From: Mobula hypostoma
Lineage: Eukaryota
DNA: 64,000 bases
NCBI RefSeq assembly: GCF_963921235.1
Contig: NC_086104.1
Span: 75,826,001 to 75,890,000 of the forward strand
Direction: 5' to 3'
Below the pieces are notes generated by a model, which ran no database searches, was not told the DNA's origin, and saw only the letters and a program-made list of their open reading frames with translations. Positions 12,481 through 23,759 of the stretch are shown here, piece by piece (within the stretch, counting starts at the first letter, position 1; each line of letters opens with the position of its first letter). The position numbers and the translations under genes were made by a program.

Positions 12481-15096
12481 TTTTTTTTTAAGGTTCACTA
12501 TCAAACTGGCTTCAGACAGCCGTATTAAATTGCCAATACACACCTCTGTGTTCATCAGCCCTTTAGTCACTGAATTACTCGAAAAATATGGGTGTTGTTT
12601 ACTTGGCCGCCCTATTGTAACCACAATCACCCAACGTCCCAGTTCTTTGCATTTCCTCGGGACAATCAAACACATGGGTGCGAGTCGTTTAATTACTCCT
12701 TCGGGGATTAAGGGAGAGACCTTATCAGTAGACCTGGCCAAAACAATAGCCTTCTCCCATCTGACCGATCCCATCCTAATCTTTTCAAAATGGTTCTTTC
12801 CTCTTATCAAGGGGCCCCTAGCTTCATTGATTTCCACGCTAACACCGACTAGGTTTGTTAGCATATCAAAAGCCGGTGACCGTCTCAGTTCGCGTCGGTC
12901 ATGATCAATAACATTTTTCCCCCTGGGCAGCCGGTAACTCTCTTTCATGATTCCACCAACTGTTTCCTCCAGCACCGCAAAATGTCCACCGGGGGGTACC
13001 TCGTGGGCCATGTTAAAAACCTCATCCCCATAACTCTTTTGCACCACCCCCCACTCCTCATCTGCGGATACTGTCCTTGATTTCCCTTTCTTCCTTAGCA
13101 CTTCCTCATCCGCACAATAGCCTACTAGTTCCCTTGTCAAGGCTGTGTCAGAGAGAGCTGTCTCTGCAAAACCCATCAGCCCCTCGCCTCGCTCCTGCGT
13201 CTGCACAAATTCTTTCCTGGCTACTGCTACGTCCGTCCCAGCTCCCTCACTACCTCTTATCTCACTACACCCTGTCTCATACAAGGTTGGCAGAAATGTT
13301 TCAGCCAAATTCACCATCGCGGGCGGGGCCTCCATGCTGGCAGGCTGACCCGTCAATCTCACGACTGGGAACACGATTCCTCCGGCGATGTCATTACCGA
13401 GCAAGACTTCCACGTCTTTCATCGGTAATTCGGACCTCACCCCGATCGTGACTAGTCCAGAGACCAGGTTGCTCTGTAAATGTATCTGGTGCAAAGGGAC
13501 TGACTCTGTCCCTTCCCCAACACCTTTGACCTCTACCTCCCCAGTCTGGGTCTCTGAGCTAAACTCTAATACACTCTTCAGTATTAGTGACTGACACGCT
13601 CCCGTGTCTCTCCAGATCCGCACTGGAACTGGTTTTAACCTCTTTTTCATTGACACCAGTCCGGCCGAGATAAACCTCTCGCGCCCTTCCTGGACTTTTT
13701 CAGACCTGTCCTTCCCTAGCGGTTCGCTTAACAGCTCGATACAGCCATTCAAAATTTCCGCTTTTCCTTTCCCCGTCTCCTTCCTTGGGGCAAAGCACCT
13801 GGACGCAAAGTGTCCGACTTTCCCACAATTATAACAGACGACCCCAGGAGACTTCCTACCGGACTGCTCCCGGTCTACCTTATCCTTTTCACTAGTCCCC
13901 GGCTTACTTTCTGACTTTTCCGGTGGACTCTCCCCGCCGTCCTGACTACCCTTCTGGTAGCCTTTACTCGGGGCAAACTTCATTTTATGCGTCAACGCAT
14001 ACTCATCCGCTAACTTAGCAGTTGCGGCTAACGTGGCTGCCTCTTTCTCATCGAGGTAGGGTCTCATACCCTCAGGGACACAACCTTTAAACTGCTCAAT
14101 CAGAATCAGCTGCAGCAGTCTGTCATAATCCCCCTCTACCCCTTTTGAGGCGCACCAACGCTCACAATATGTTTGCATCTCGCGAGCAAACTCCAAATAC
14201 GTGCGGTCCCACCGCTTCCTCGCATTCCGGAACCTCTGCCGGTATGCCTCCGGGACCAACTCATAAATCCTGAGGATGGCCTCCTTCACCACCTCATACT
14301 TCTGGGCATCTTCCGCGGATAAAGCGGAGTAAGCTTGTTGGGCCTTCCCTTTCAGTACACTCTGAAGTAAGACAACCCACTTATCCCTCGGCCATTCCTG
14401 ACTTATGGCCACTTTTTCGAAATGGAGAAAGTACCGATCCACATCGGTATCGTCAAATGGGGGAACCAGCCTAACCTCCTGGGTCGCCCGGAACCCTCCA
14501 CCTTGGTTCGGCACGAGCCCCTGCTCGGCCCTTATCTTTAACTTCTCCAGCTCAAATTCCCTTTCCCTCTGTTTCTCCTCTCTCTCCAACTGTCTGTCCC
14601 TCTCTCTCTCTTCTCTCTCCAACTGTCTGTCCCTCTCTCTCTCTTCTCTCTCCAACTGTCTTTCTCTCTCTTGCCTTTCTACCTCTTTCTCTCTCTCCCG
14701 CCTTTCTAACTCTCTCTCTTTCTCCTGCCTTTCTAACTCTCTCTCTTTCTCCTGCCTTTCTAACTCTCTCTCTTTCTCCTGCCTTTCTAACTCTCTCTCT
14801 TTCTCCTGCCTTTCTAACTGCCGTACCCGGAACTCGTGCTCGAGTCTCAGTTTTTCAAGCTGTACCTGTACCGCGTCTCCAGCAGGTTTTTCCACAGACA
14901 CCTCCCCCAGCTCACCTTGGGGAAACACACCTTTAGATACATAGTGCTCTACAATAGCTCTGTGTATCTCCTCTCTCCTCATTGTCGACTTCACCTTAGC
15001 AAGATTCACCCGTTTTGCCACAGCTATCAATTCCGATTTCCTGGCATCCTCTAATGCCTCCAAGGTCGGCGCCTTTATAAATTCCTCAACCTCCAT
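12478..15096 (-). CDS. Gag-protease polyprotein (872 aa) with in-frame IN and RT remnants
   Basis: E/R-rich coiled-coil repeats; capsid/SCAN-like region (YFLHFEKVA...W...YELVPEAYRQRFR...LILIEQF); CCHC knuckle CYNCGKVGHFASRC (13795-13836); aspartic protease RDTGA (13600-13608); IN zinc-finger remnant AHEVPPGGH; RT-adjacent KQHPY; YIDD decayed to CIGN. Confidence 0.9.
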   Translation of the reverse strand: MEVEEFIKAPTLEALEDARKSELIAVAKRVNLAKVKSTMRREEIHRAIVEHYVSKGVFPQGELGEVSVEKPAGDAVQVQLEKLRLEHEFRVRQLERQEKERELERQEKERELERQEKERELERQEKERELERREREKEVERQERERQLEREERERDRQLEREERERDRQLEREEKQREREFELEKLKIRAEQGLVPNQGGGFRATQEVRLVPPFDDTDVDRYFLHFEKVAISQEWPRDKWVVLLQSVLKGKAQQAYSALSAEDAQKYEVVKEAILRIYELVPEAYRQRFRNARKRWDRTYLEFAREMQTYCERWCASKGVEGDYDRLLQLILIEQFKGCVPEGMRPYLDEKEAATLAATAKLADEYALTHKMKFAPSKGYQKGSQDGGESPPEKSESKPGTSEKDKVDREQSGRKSPGVVCYNCGKVGHFASRCFAPRKETGKGKAEILNGCIELLSEPLGKDRSEKVQEGRERFISAGLVSMKKRLKPVPVRIWRDTGACQSLILKSVLEFSSETQTGEVEVKGVGEGTESVPLHQIHLQSNLVSGLVTIGVRSELPMKDVEVLLGNDIAGGIVFPVVRLTGQPASMEAPPAMVNLAETFLPTLYETGCSEIRGSEGAGTDVAVARKEFVQTQERGEGLMGFAETALSDTALTRELVGYCADEEVLRKKGKSRTVSADEEWGVVQKSYGDEVFNMAHEVPPGGHFAVLEETVGGIMKESYRLPRGKNVIDHDRRELRRSPAFDMLTNLVGVSVEINEARGPLIRGKNHFEKIRMGSVRWEKAIVLARSTDKVSPLIPEGVIKRLAPMCLIVPRKCKELGRWVIVVTIGRPSKQHPYFSSNSVTKGLMNTEVCIGNLIRLSEASLIVNLKKK
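14575..14820 (-). repeat. Coding tandem repeats in Gag (27-bp RQEKERELE and 33-bp QLEREERERDR units)
   Basis: 27-bp and 33-bp periodicity is visible directly; both are multiples of 3. Confidence 0.9.
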
Positions 15097-15172
15097 TTCT
15101 GCTGTTTGTCTTTTCTTTCTTTCGGGAATTTTAACCCAATCAATTTACTCCGTCCCAAATTTAGCGTTCAAA

Positions 15173-15191
15173 ATCGCGGACGAGAACCCCA
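15173..15191 (-). promoter_or_regulatory. Primer-binding site, degenerate tRNA-Pro type
   Basis: TGGGGTTCTCGTCCGCGAT starts 4 nt after the 5' LTR and resembles the canonical tRNA-Pro PBS TGGGGGCTCGTCCGGGAT. Confidence 0.7.
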
Positions 15192-15195
15192 CTTA

Positions 15196-16046
15196 TGTTA
15201 CGTACCCCGTAACTGGGTTGCCAAACCAGCAGAAATGGATCACTCAGTTGGAGTCTGGAGTACTAGAACTAAGAAAGTTTTATTAAAGAAACAAGCAACA
15301 CAGTAATCGAAAGGATAATAAATGCAACAATTCAACAATGATAACCACACATGTGCACAGAATTAAGATAACAGCATCAATCAAGCTCTATCGTTGTCCA
15401 GGGGTAAATGACCAATCTCAAAATGACTCAAAGTTCAGTCCAGTTTGTAGTTCAGTTCGCAGTAATCGTTGCCATGGCGATGGACAAGGTGGGGGAAGAG
15501 AGACAGAATAGGAACAACTGATCATTCAGAACACTGCTTCACTCACAGACCAGCGGGATGGCTCACAAACAGCATTTGGGCGGGTCCTTGGTGATGTCAC
15601 CTGAGGTCACCGACTGTGACCCCTCCTCCAGATGCGGTCGATCCTCTGCAGTGAACCCGGCACCCAGGCAAGGGCGGACACACACCGGGTTCCCGCTGAT
15701 CGTACCTTTCCACCCTGGTCGTTGTCTGGCACTTCTCACCCACTCGTGAGAAGCGCACCGCTTCCAGGGTCTCGTTACCTCGGGTGGCGTGTGTGTCGTC
15801 TTAGCGAACCTGTCCCTTTTTATCCCCCTGCTGGGGTATCGCCTGTCCATCACTTCAAACAGTTCAAAGGGGGGAGCCGCTCCAGACAGCTCTTCCTCCC
15901 ACATCCCCTCATTACACATCCCCAGACGCTGCTCCATTGTTCCTTATCTCTCCTTCCCCTGAGGGCAGGTGGCAGACCAACTGCTGATGCCACTGATGCT
16001 AGCCCAGGCCAGCAAACATCTTAATTTTAGGTGTATTCTCGTAACA
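15196..16046 (-). repeat. 5' LTR (851 bp)
   Basis: Near-identical to 11100-11950 (mismatches seen at 15639/11543 and 15899/11803). On the minus strand there is a TATA-like GATAAAAAG near 15820 and AATAAA near 15281. Confidence 0.95.
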
Positions 16047-17270
16047 ATAGAAATAGGTTTCTTCTGGATGTGAACTTGGGCAAGAGTAAGGCATGAAAGA
16101 AGCAACAAACTGGGTTTGACGACATTAGAAAGTTCTGAGGAAGTATCATTGCTATGAACTTTTAACTGTGTTTCTTAGACCACAGATTTTGTTTGATTTA
16201 TTGAATATTTCCAGCATTTTTTGTTTATATTTTGAGGAAATAAATTGTAAAGTGGTGAATACTGTATATTAACAATATTCTGTTCATAAGTTTTATCTGT
16301 AAGTTAAGATGAAGTGACTCAGGATATAATGACCAACATCTGTTACAAATCTATTTCCAGGCTTGACAAATAGGAGAAAAAAGATCAATTGTTTGAAAAC
16401 AATCTATTCTGCTGAAAACAAGCCAGAGACGTGAGGAGTCAGTTTGTGGAGATATAATTAAATAAAATCTTTGAGCAACGTGTTCACAATTGGTTAATGT
16501 GGAGCTGTGGACACACCAAGTCATTTTAAAATGCACACATTGTGAAAGTTTATATAACCTCTGTTAATGACAATGGAAGCAAACAAAACCTCCCAGATTG
16601 CATAACTTTCATAATGTTGATTGGCACCTCCTCAGTGCAAAAGGTTTAGATGGTACAGAACGTACTGCTGGGATGGTGGAAATGGCAGATAAATCAGGGA
16701 CATTTAAGAGACTCTTAGATAGATACACGTTGAAAGAAAAATGGAGGGCTATGTGGGATGATCGTGCAGTAGATGAAAGGCTCAGCACAAACATCGTGAC
16801 CTAAAGGGCCTGTAATGTGCTGCAGTGCTGTATGTTATATGGACATTGTGTAAGTTGAAGGGGTTAGTTTAGTTGGACATTTAATTACTAATATAGTTGA
16901 TTCAGCACAACATTGGATCACCATGGCTTAACTTCCAATTAGCTGATCTCTGCCCACTGAAATTTGCTGGATATTTATATAACTAAGGAAGCAGCCATTG
17001 GCATGCAGTTCACAAAACTTCGAAAGTAAATTTATTATCTAAGCACATACAGTATATGTCACCATATACAACCCTAAAATTCATTTTCTTGTGGGCATAC
17101 TCCATAAATCTTCAGGCAGATGAGTCCATCAGCTGCGCTTAGGTGCTGAGCTAGCAGAAGGAAAACTCTTTGCAGCTATACCCACTCATGGGGAAGGCTT
17201 TGGGAATAAACCATGAGGAAAAATCTGGAGCTGGAGTCCCTAAGGCAGTCCTACATTGAGTTCAATGTTG

Positions 17271-18316
17271 ATTCAAGATTCAAAATTGATTTATTATCAA
17301 AGAATGTATAAATTATACAAGCTTGAGATTTGATTGCTCACAGGTAGCCAGAAAGCAAGAAACCAAAATAACCCAATTAAAGAGAAAAAGCAATAAAAAT
17401 AAAAGTAAAAGACCAACACTCAATGTGCAAGATAAAGAAAAATAAAATGTAGATAATTGAAGCGAACAACAACAGCATTCCGAACCATGATTGAGTCCTC
17501 AGATCTGAACCCTGTAGCAACCCGGAGTAGGCCCAGAGCCTCACTTATCATATTAGCGGGCACGGAGTACAGCAGCTAGGGCAGTCTTCATAGCCTCGGT
17601 AGCATGGAGATGACCATCGCAGGGAACGAGCAAAATCAGCTCTCGTCCTGACCGACACCCTGTCTTTTCAGTCTATCTGGCCCGAGTTTAAATTGACCAA
17701 ACAACAGACCAGTGAAAGGCTCCAGTGCCCTGGAGAGAGAAAAATGAAGATCACGGAGAGTGAGCGATATCAGCTCTTGCCTCCAATCTGAGCCAGCGCT
17801 TAAATTGCCTAAACAGTGTATTGTATCTCACACTAGGACCCGGAAATAGCTGTGGCAAGAGGCTCCTTGCACTAAGACCAAGGCACCACCGCTGTGAAAG
17901 GCCCTAGGCCTAGACCATGCCGTTTAGTGACTTGCTCTGGGCCTAGATTTTGCCGCCCAGCCTGAAGCTGCTCTCAAGCTCTTCAGATCAACTTGGTGCC
18001 CAGAGCACTCCAACTCCTGGGTCAGTTGAATGAGCACTGGATCTTCTCTGCCTGGGTCCCGGTATCTCCTTTCAGCGCACAGAGTGATTCAACCTTGCTC
18101 CCAAGCCAGCCGTACTCAGGACTCCAACTGAAACACACCATCATGGCTCACCCCCGATCTCACCTCGCCCTTGCTCAACCCTTGACTCTTTGCAGCGATA
18201 ATTTAACACAATTTACCACAGAAAACGTATTTTTAGTGATGTTTCAGTTGGATTTCTTATCTTTTTGATTACCAGAAACTGTTGTGCATGTGCGGTAGCG
18301 CCACTTTAACCGGAAG
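17271..18316 (-). mobile_element. Non-coding retroposon family member
   Basis: 5' CTTCCGGTTAAAGTGGCG; 3' tail ...GATAATAAATCAATTTTGAATCTTGAATC. Confidence 0.6.
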
Positions 18317-18539
18317 TTCTTGGCAACGTTGGTTGGCAACTCCTGCAATGCTGCTGGTGCCAAACTGTATAGGTCTCTACCGTTCCTTTCAGTTTATCAG
18401 ATGCGTGGAGGGAGGGAGCTTGCTCTCCATACAAGCTTGCCCAGTCTTGCATATCTTGACAGCTAGGATACAACATCCATTTTCGACCCTGACTGACGGA
18501 GGTCTCATCATCCCACCACTCAATAAATCTATGGAATAA

Positions 18540-19210
18540 TAACTTTAACAGAATCAATGAAAGTCTGCCTAAATAGAGTGGTCAACCAGACTGCAGAAGA
18601 CAACAAACTCTGCAAGTGCAAAAAGAAAAAATAATAATAAATAAATAAATGCTAACTATCAAGAAAATGAGATGAAGAGTCCTTGAAAGTGAATCCAATG
18701 GATGTGGGAACATTTCAGTGATGGGGCGAGTGAAATTGAGTGAAGTTATCCTCTTCGGTTCTGGGGTAGTAACTGTTTCTGAAGCTGGTGGTGCGAGTCC
18801 TGAGGCACCTGTACCTTTTTCTTGATGCAGCAAGAAGACAGCATATCCTTGGTGGTGGAGATCCCTGGTGGATTCTGTTTTTCTTTGTCAGTGTTTCATG
18901 TAGATGTGCTCAATGGTTGTGAGGGCTTTACCCATGATGGACTGGGTTGTATCCAGTATTTTTTGTAGGATTTTCTGTTCAAGAGCTTTGGTATTTCCAT
19001 AACAGGCTGTGACACATCCAGTCAATATCCGTTCCACAACACATCTATAGAAGTTTGTCATAGTTTTAGATGTCATGCTGAATCTCCGCAAATTCTTAAG
19101 GAAGAAGAGGCGCTGCCGTGCTTCGTAATTGCACTTATGTGCTGGGCCCAGGACACCAAGAAATTTAAGATTGCTAACCCACTCCACCTCTGAGCCTCTG
19201 ATGATGATCA
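18540..19210 (-). mobile_element. Rex1/Babar-like LINE 3' fragment
   Basis: VEWVSNLKFLG..ARQRLFFLKNLRRF..NFYRCVVERILTGCVTACYG. Confidence 0.8.
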
Positions 19211-20191
19211 CCATAAATCCATTCAGGGGTCAAACAGTGTGAAAAGCTGTTACGTCATCAGAAATCTCATGGGCAGCAACTCGTGACATAGACAGTGGTC
19301 TAAATTGGGTGACAATTCAGGCTGTGTGAGTTAGGTTCTTGGTGAAGCAAGTAACTGCACCTGCCCTGAACTGTCCTTGCGGTTAAAGACTGCCTAGGTT
19401 TCTCTAGGATGCTTAAAGCCTGTGGTTTCATCACTTGGCTCAGTCACCAGGTTGTGTGTGCAATCAGCAAAGAGGACTGGCATTTAGTTTTTGGGTTTCC
19501 TAAACCTGTCTAGCCTTAGGGAAGCATATGGGTAAGGCAACAATGCATTATGAGAACTCACTCAGTTAAAACTGCTGTTACAGCAATGCAGTTCTGTTTG
19601 TCAGGAACAGAAAACACAAAAAGAAAATTACACAGAGAATCAAAGAATGTATTTAAAGTTAGAATATTACATTTTGTTCTGAGCATCTCACACAATAAAC
19701 AGAATGCCATGGACTCAGTTGGGCAGGATTGGACAGAGGGGATTGACTGGAGAAGAGGAGGTGTACAGGAATGGTACAGTGGACGAAGACAAAGTTATAC
19801 GGAGAGCCTTAAGGCAGAGAAGAAATAAGACAGGTATACTCATGTTACAAGTTTTGATAAAACTGAACGCAACTTTTAAGCAGTAGAAGGCAAAGTAACC
19901 ACAACACAGAGTTCTAAGGGAAGTAATTTACTGGGTTTTTCAATGCAGTGTTATGTTATGCAAATGGGAACAGGTAGATGAACAATATTTATAAGTTGCT
20001 TGATCTATACAACAATATGTCGAAAAGTAACTAAATCCCTTAAGTGTGATTTCTTCTCACACATAATACTCAAAGTAACTAAAGCTCTAAAAAATCAAAT
20101 GTAATTAGCTCATCAATTCTGACTCGGAGGAGTGTGCTTAATGACGTTATGACTTTAAGATACAAGAGACTGAAGCAGCAAAATTACTCAC

Positions 20192-20285
20192 TGTTGTGTT
20201 TGAATACTCTGATAGTGGACCCTGACAAACGAGCGCCAAGAATCAAAGAAGTATGGTTTAGCTCATCGCTTAGAATAAGGCAACC
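20192..20285 (-). CDS. SPTLC3: SPTLC3 internal coding exon (probable exon 6), 94 bp; not in the ORF track
   Basis: Manual translation gives [31 protein letters not shown], with the PLP-stacking His motif. NHTS is SPTLC3-like (SPTLC2 has NHAS, by recall). Acceptor tttacag|GGT, donor A|gtgagt. Confidence 0.92.
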
Positions 20286-20982
20286 CTGTAAAAGAAAGAT
20301 ATTAAGAATATGAAAATATGAGGAAATTACACTTAACACACCGCCCTACTAAACCATGCCAAGAACAAATTTTTAAAAAAGCATCAATTTAGAATTTGAA
20401 AGAGATCCACTCCCTGGAACTTTTCTTATTATTCATGCTTTTGCAGAATTAGTAATGTATACTAATCCTTTGAATACTTCTGAACGACAAATTCGAAACA
20501 GAGTTGATCTTTGAAGCTAAACAAACTTAATCCCCTTGGGTTTCTCTGCATGTAATCTGTGAAATTTTGTAAACTTTGATCTTTTGGGATTTAATGCAGC
20601 TGATATGAGAGCCAATATGCTGCCTTTGAGTGCCAATTCTAATGTGTATCAGGCGGAAAGGATGTAAGTCTCCTTTCTCTGTCCTCATATTTGTTAAATA
20701 CTTGCAAGCACACAATGAGACAAAGATAATGGTCAGTCGCAGAACAAATGAATTAAGGCATGCTTAGTGATATCCCTTGAGGCAGATATGATATGGCCTG
20801 TAACCGTTCCACTGAATTGGAGTACACAGCAAGGCTATTCATCCCACTCTGCTTGTGCTGGCTCTATGTCATAATTAATCATTCTGTTCCAGGACATCAG
20901 AAGACAATTTTTACTCCAGCAATCTGAGCTGACTGAAATGTAGATTCACTTTGCGACAAAGCCATCAATTCTGTCAACTAAA

Positions 20983-21800
20983 TCATTGACATATAACCAG
21001 AAATACAATGTTGGAAAATGCATGCTCATGCACTTCGGTAGTAGAAATAAATGTGCGGACTATTTTCAAAGCAGGGAGAAAATCCAGGAATCTGAGATGT
21101 AAAGGACTTGGGAGTCCTAAAGTTAACTTGCAGGTTGAGTCAGTGGTGAGGAAGGCAAATGCCATGTTAGCATTCATTTCAAGAGGTCTAGAATACAAGA
21201 GCAGGGATTTGATGCTGAGGCTTTATAAGGCACTGGTGAAGCTTCACCATGAGTACTGTGAACAGTTTTGGGCCCCTCATCTTAGAAAAGATGTGCTGGC
21301 ATTGGAGAGGGTCCAGAGAAGGTTCACAAGGATGACTCCGGGGATGAAAGGTTTATCATATGATCAATATTTGATGGCTCTGGGTCTGTACTCACTGGAA
21401 TTCAGAAGGATGAGGGGGGATCTCATTGAAACCTTTCGAATGTTGAAAGGCCTACACAGAGTAGATGTGGAAAGGATGTTTCCCATGGTGGGAGAGTCGA
21501 GGTCAGGAGGGCACAGCCTCAGAATAGAGGGGCACCCTTTCAAAACCGATGCGGAGAAATTTCTTTAGCCAAAGGGTGGTGAATTTGTGGAATTTATTAC
21601 CATGTGCAGCTGTGGAGGCCAGATCATTGTGTGTATTTAAGGCAGAGATTGACGGGTTCTTGATTAGACATGGCATCAAAGGTTACGGGGAGAAGGCCGG
21701 GAACTGGGGTTGAGGAGGAGGAAAAAAAGGATCAACCATGATTGAATGGCAGAGCAGACTCGATCGGCCAGATGGCCTATTCTGCTCCTATGTCTTATGA
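20983..21800 (+). mobile_element. CR1 LINE 3' fragment
   Basis: KANAMLAFISRGLEYKS...ERVQRRFTRM...RRMRGDLIETF followed by the 3' tail. Confidence 0.9.
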
Positions 21801-22159
21801 AAAAGAAGCGGTCCCAACACCGAATGCTGTGGAACACTACTAGTGGCAGCCAACTGGTATCTATTCACACACTTTGCCTCCTGCCAGTATGCCAATCTTC
21901 TATCCATGCTAGTATCTTTCCTGTAATACAATGGGTTCTTATCTTGTTAAGCAGCCTCATCTGCGATACCTTGTCAGTGGCCTTCTGAAAATCCACAATA
22001 TCCACCAGGCAAAGCTAGAGGATTAAAATGGGTTCAATGGTCATGCGCCACAAAGATTGATGAAATTTTGAGTTCAATAACTACAGTCATTTGCAAAACT
22101 GAACCCATATAGAAAATAATCTGAATCTGTTGGATTAGTTTTCCCACTGTCACAAGATC

Positions 22160-22920
22160 ATTCGGCCATTCGGCCCATCGAGTCTGCTCCGCAGCTCCCC
22201 CATGAGCTAAACTATTCACCCATCTAGTTCCAATTTCTGGCTTTTTCCCCATATCCCTTGATACCCTGACTAATTAGATACCTGTCAATCTCCTCCTTAA
22301 ACACCCTCAATGAGCGGGCCTCCACAGCTGTATGTGGCAACGAATTCCACAAATCCACGACCCTCTGGCTAAAATAATTTCTCCTCATCTCTGTTTTAAC
22401 TGGGTACCCTCTAATTCTAAGACTATGGCCTCTTGTCCTGGACTCACCCACCAAGGGAAACAACCTTTCCACATCTACTCTGTCCAACCCTTTCAACATT
22501 CGAAATGTTTCTATGAGATCCCCTCTCATTCTTCTATACTCTAATGAATACAGTCCAAGAGCCGACAAACGCTCCTCATACGTTAGCCCCTGCATTCCAG
22601 GAATCATCCTCGTAAATCTTCTCTGAACTCTCTCCAACATCAATATATCAGCCCAAAACTGCACACAGTATTCCAAATAAGGTCTCACTAATGCCCCATA
22701 GAGCCTCATCAACACCTCCTTACTCTTATACACTATTCCTCTTGAAATGAATGCCAACATAGCATTCGCTTTCCTTACCGCCGATCCAACTTGGTGGTTA
22801 ACCTTTAGGGTATCCTGCACGAGGACCCCCAAGTCCCTTTGCACTTCCGATTTTTGAATTTTCTCCCCATCTAAATAATAATCTGCCCGATTATTTCTTC
22901 TTCCAAAATGTACAACCGTC
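22160..22920 (-). mobile_element. CR1 LINE 3' fragment
   Basis: QRDLGVLV...YCVQFW...RGDLIETF...FSQRVVDLWNSLP. Confidence 0.9.
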
Positions 22921-23202
22921 CATCAGGGAGCTTGTATTACAGAAACATTGCTATGATTTTACATTGTTTCTCTACTTGCTGTAGGTTGGAAGTGAATATC
23001 TCTCATATCTCCAATAATGTATGTGATCTAGTGTTTCATCTGCACAAACGGATTTGCCCCATCCTACAGCTGACTAGTGAAGCAGTTTAATGAAGACTAT
23101 CTGGCAGATGCAGTATCTTTAAATTCCTGCCCTTCACTGCCAGTACAAATAACCCATGTTAATACAGAAAAGGAATAATATACATAATATATGCATTATA
23201 CA

Positions 23203-23759
23203 CACTTAGTGGCCACTTCATTGGGTACACCTGTTCATTAATGCAAATATCTAATCAGCCAATCATGCAGCAACTCAATACATAAAAGCAGGCAAATATG
23301 GTCAAGAACTGTCGTTCAGATCACACTTCAAAATGAGGATGAAATGTGATCTGAGTGACTTTGATTGTGGAATGATAGTTGGTGCCACACATGGTGGTTT
23401 GAGTATCTCAGAAAATGCTGATCTCCTGAGATTTTCAAGCACAACAATCTCTAGAGCTTACAGAAAACGGTGCAAAAAGCAAAAAAAAAACATCCAGTAA
23501 GCAGCAGTTCTGTGGGCAGAAACACCTTGGTAATGAGAGAGGTCAGAGAAGAATGGCCAAACTGGTTCAAACTGACAGGAAGGTGACAGTAACTCAAATA
23601 ACCATACGTTACGACAGTGGTGTGCAGAAAAGCATCTCTGAATGCTTTTGAATGTTGACCCTTTGAAGTCGATGGGCTACAGGAGTAGAAAACCTTGAAC
23701 ATACACTCAGTGCCATGTTATTAAGTATAGGAAGTATCCAATATAGTGGCCACTGAGTG
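23203..23759 (+). mobile_element. Tc1-like non-autonomous element
   Basis: TIRs CACTTAGTGGCCAC...GTGGCCACTGAGTG followed by TA; extra TIR copy at 23704; remnant of a transposase N-terminus. Confidence 0.75.

Larger units (their letters stand above)
11100..16046 (-). mobile_element. Gmr1-like Ty3/Gypsy LTR retrotransposon, non-autonomous (Gag and protease intact, pol deleted/decayed), 4947 bp
   Basis: Two 851-bp direct repeats with TGTTA...TAACA ends; TSD ATAG at 11096-11099 and 16047-16050; PBS-like and PPT motifs; internal ORF order gag, PR, IN remnant, RT remnant. Confidence 0.95.

Noticed and set aside
14405-14944. 179-aa Ser/Leu-rich repetitive ORF on the plus strand
   Set aside because: Antisense shadow of the Gag E/R repeat.
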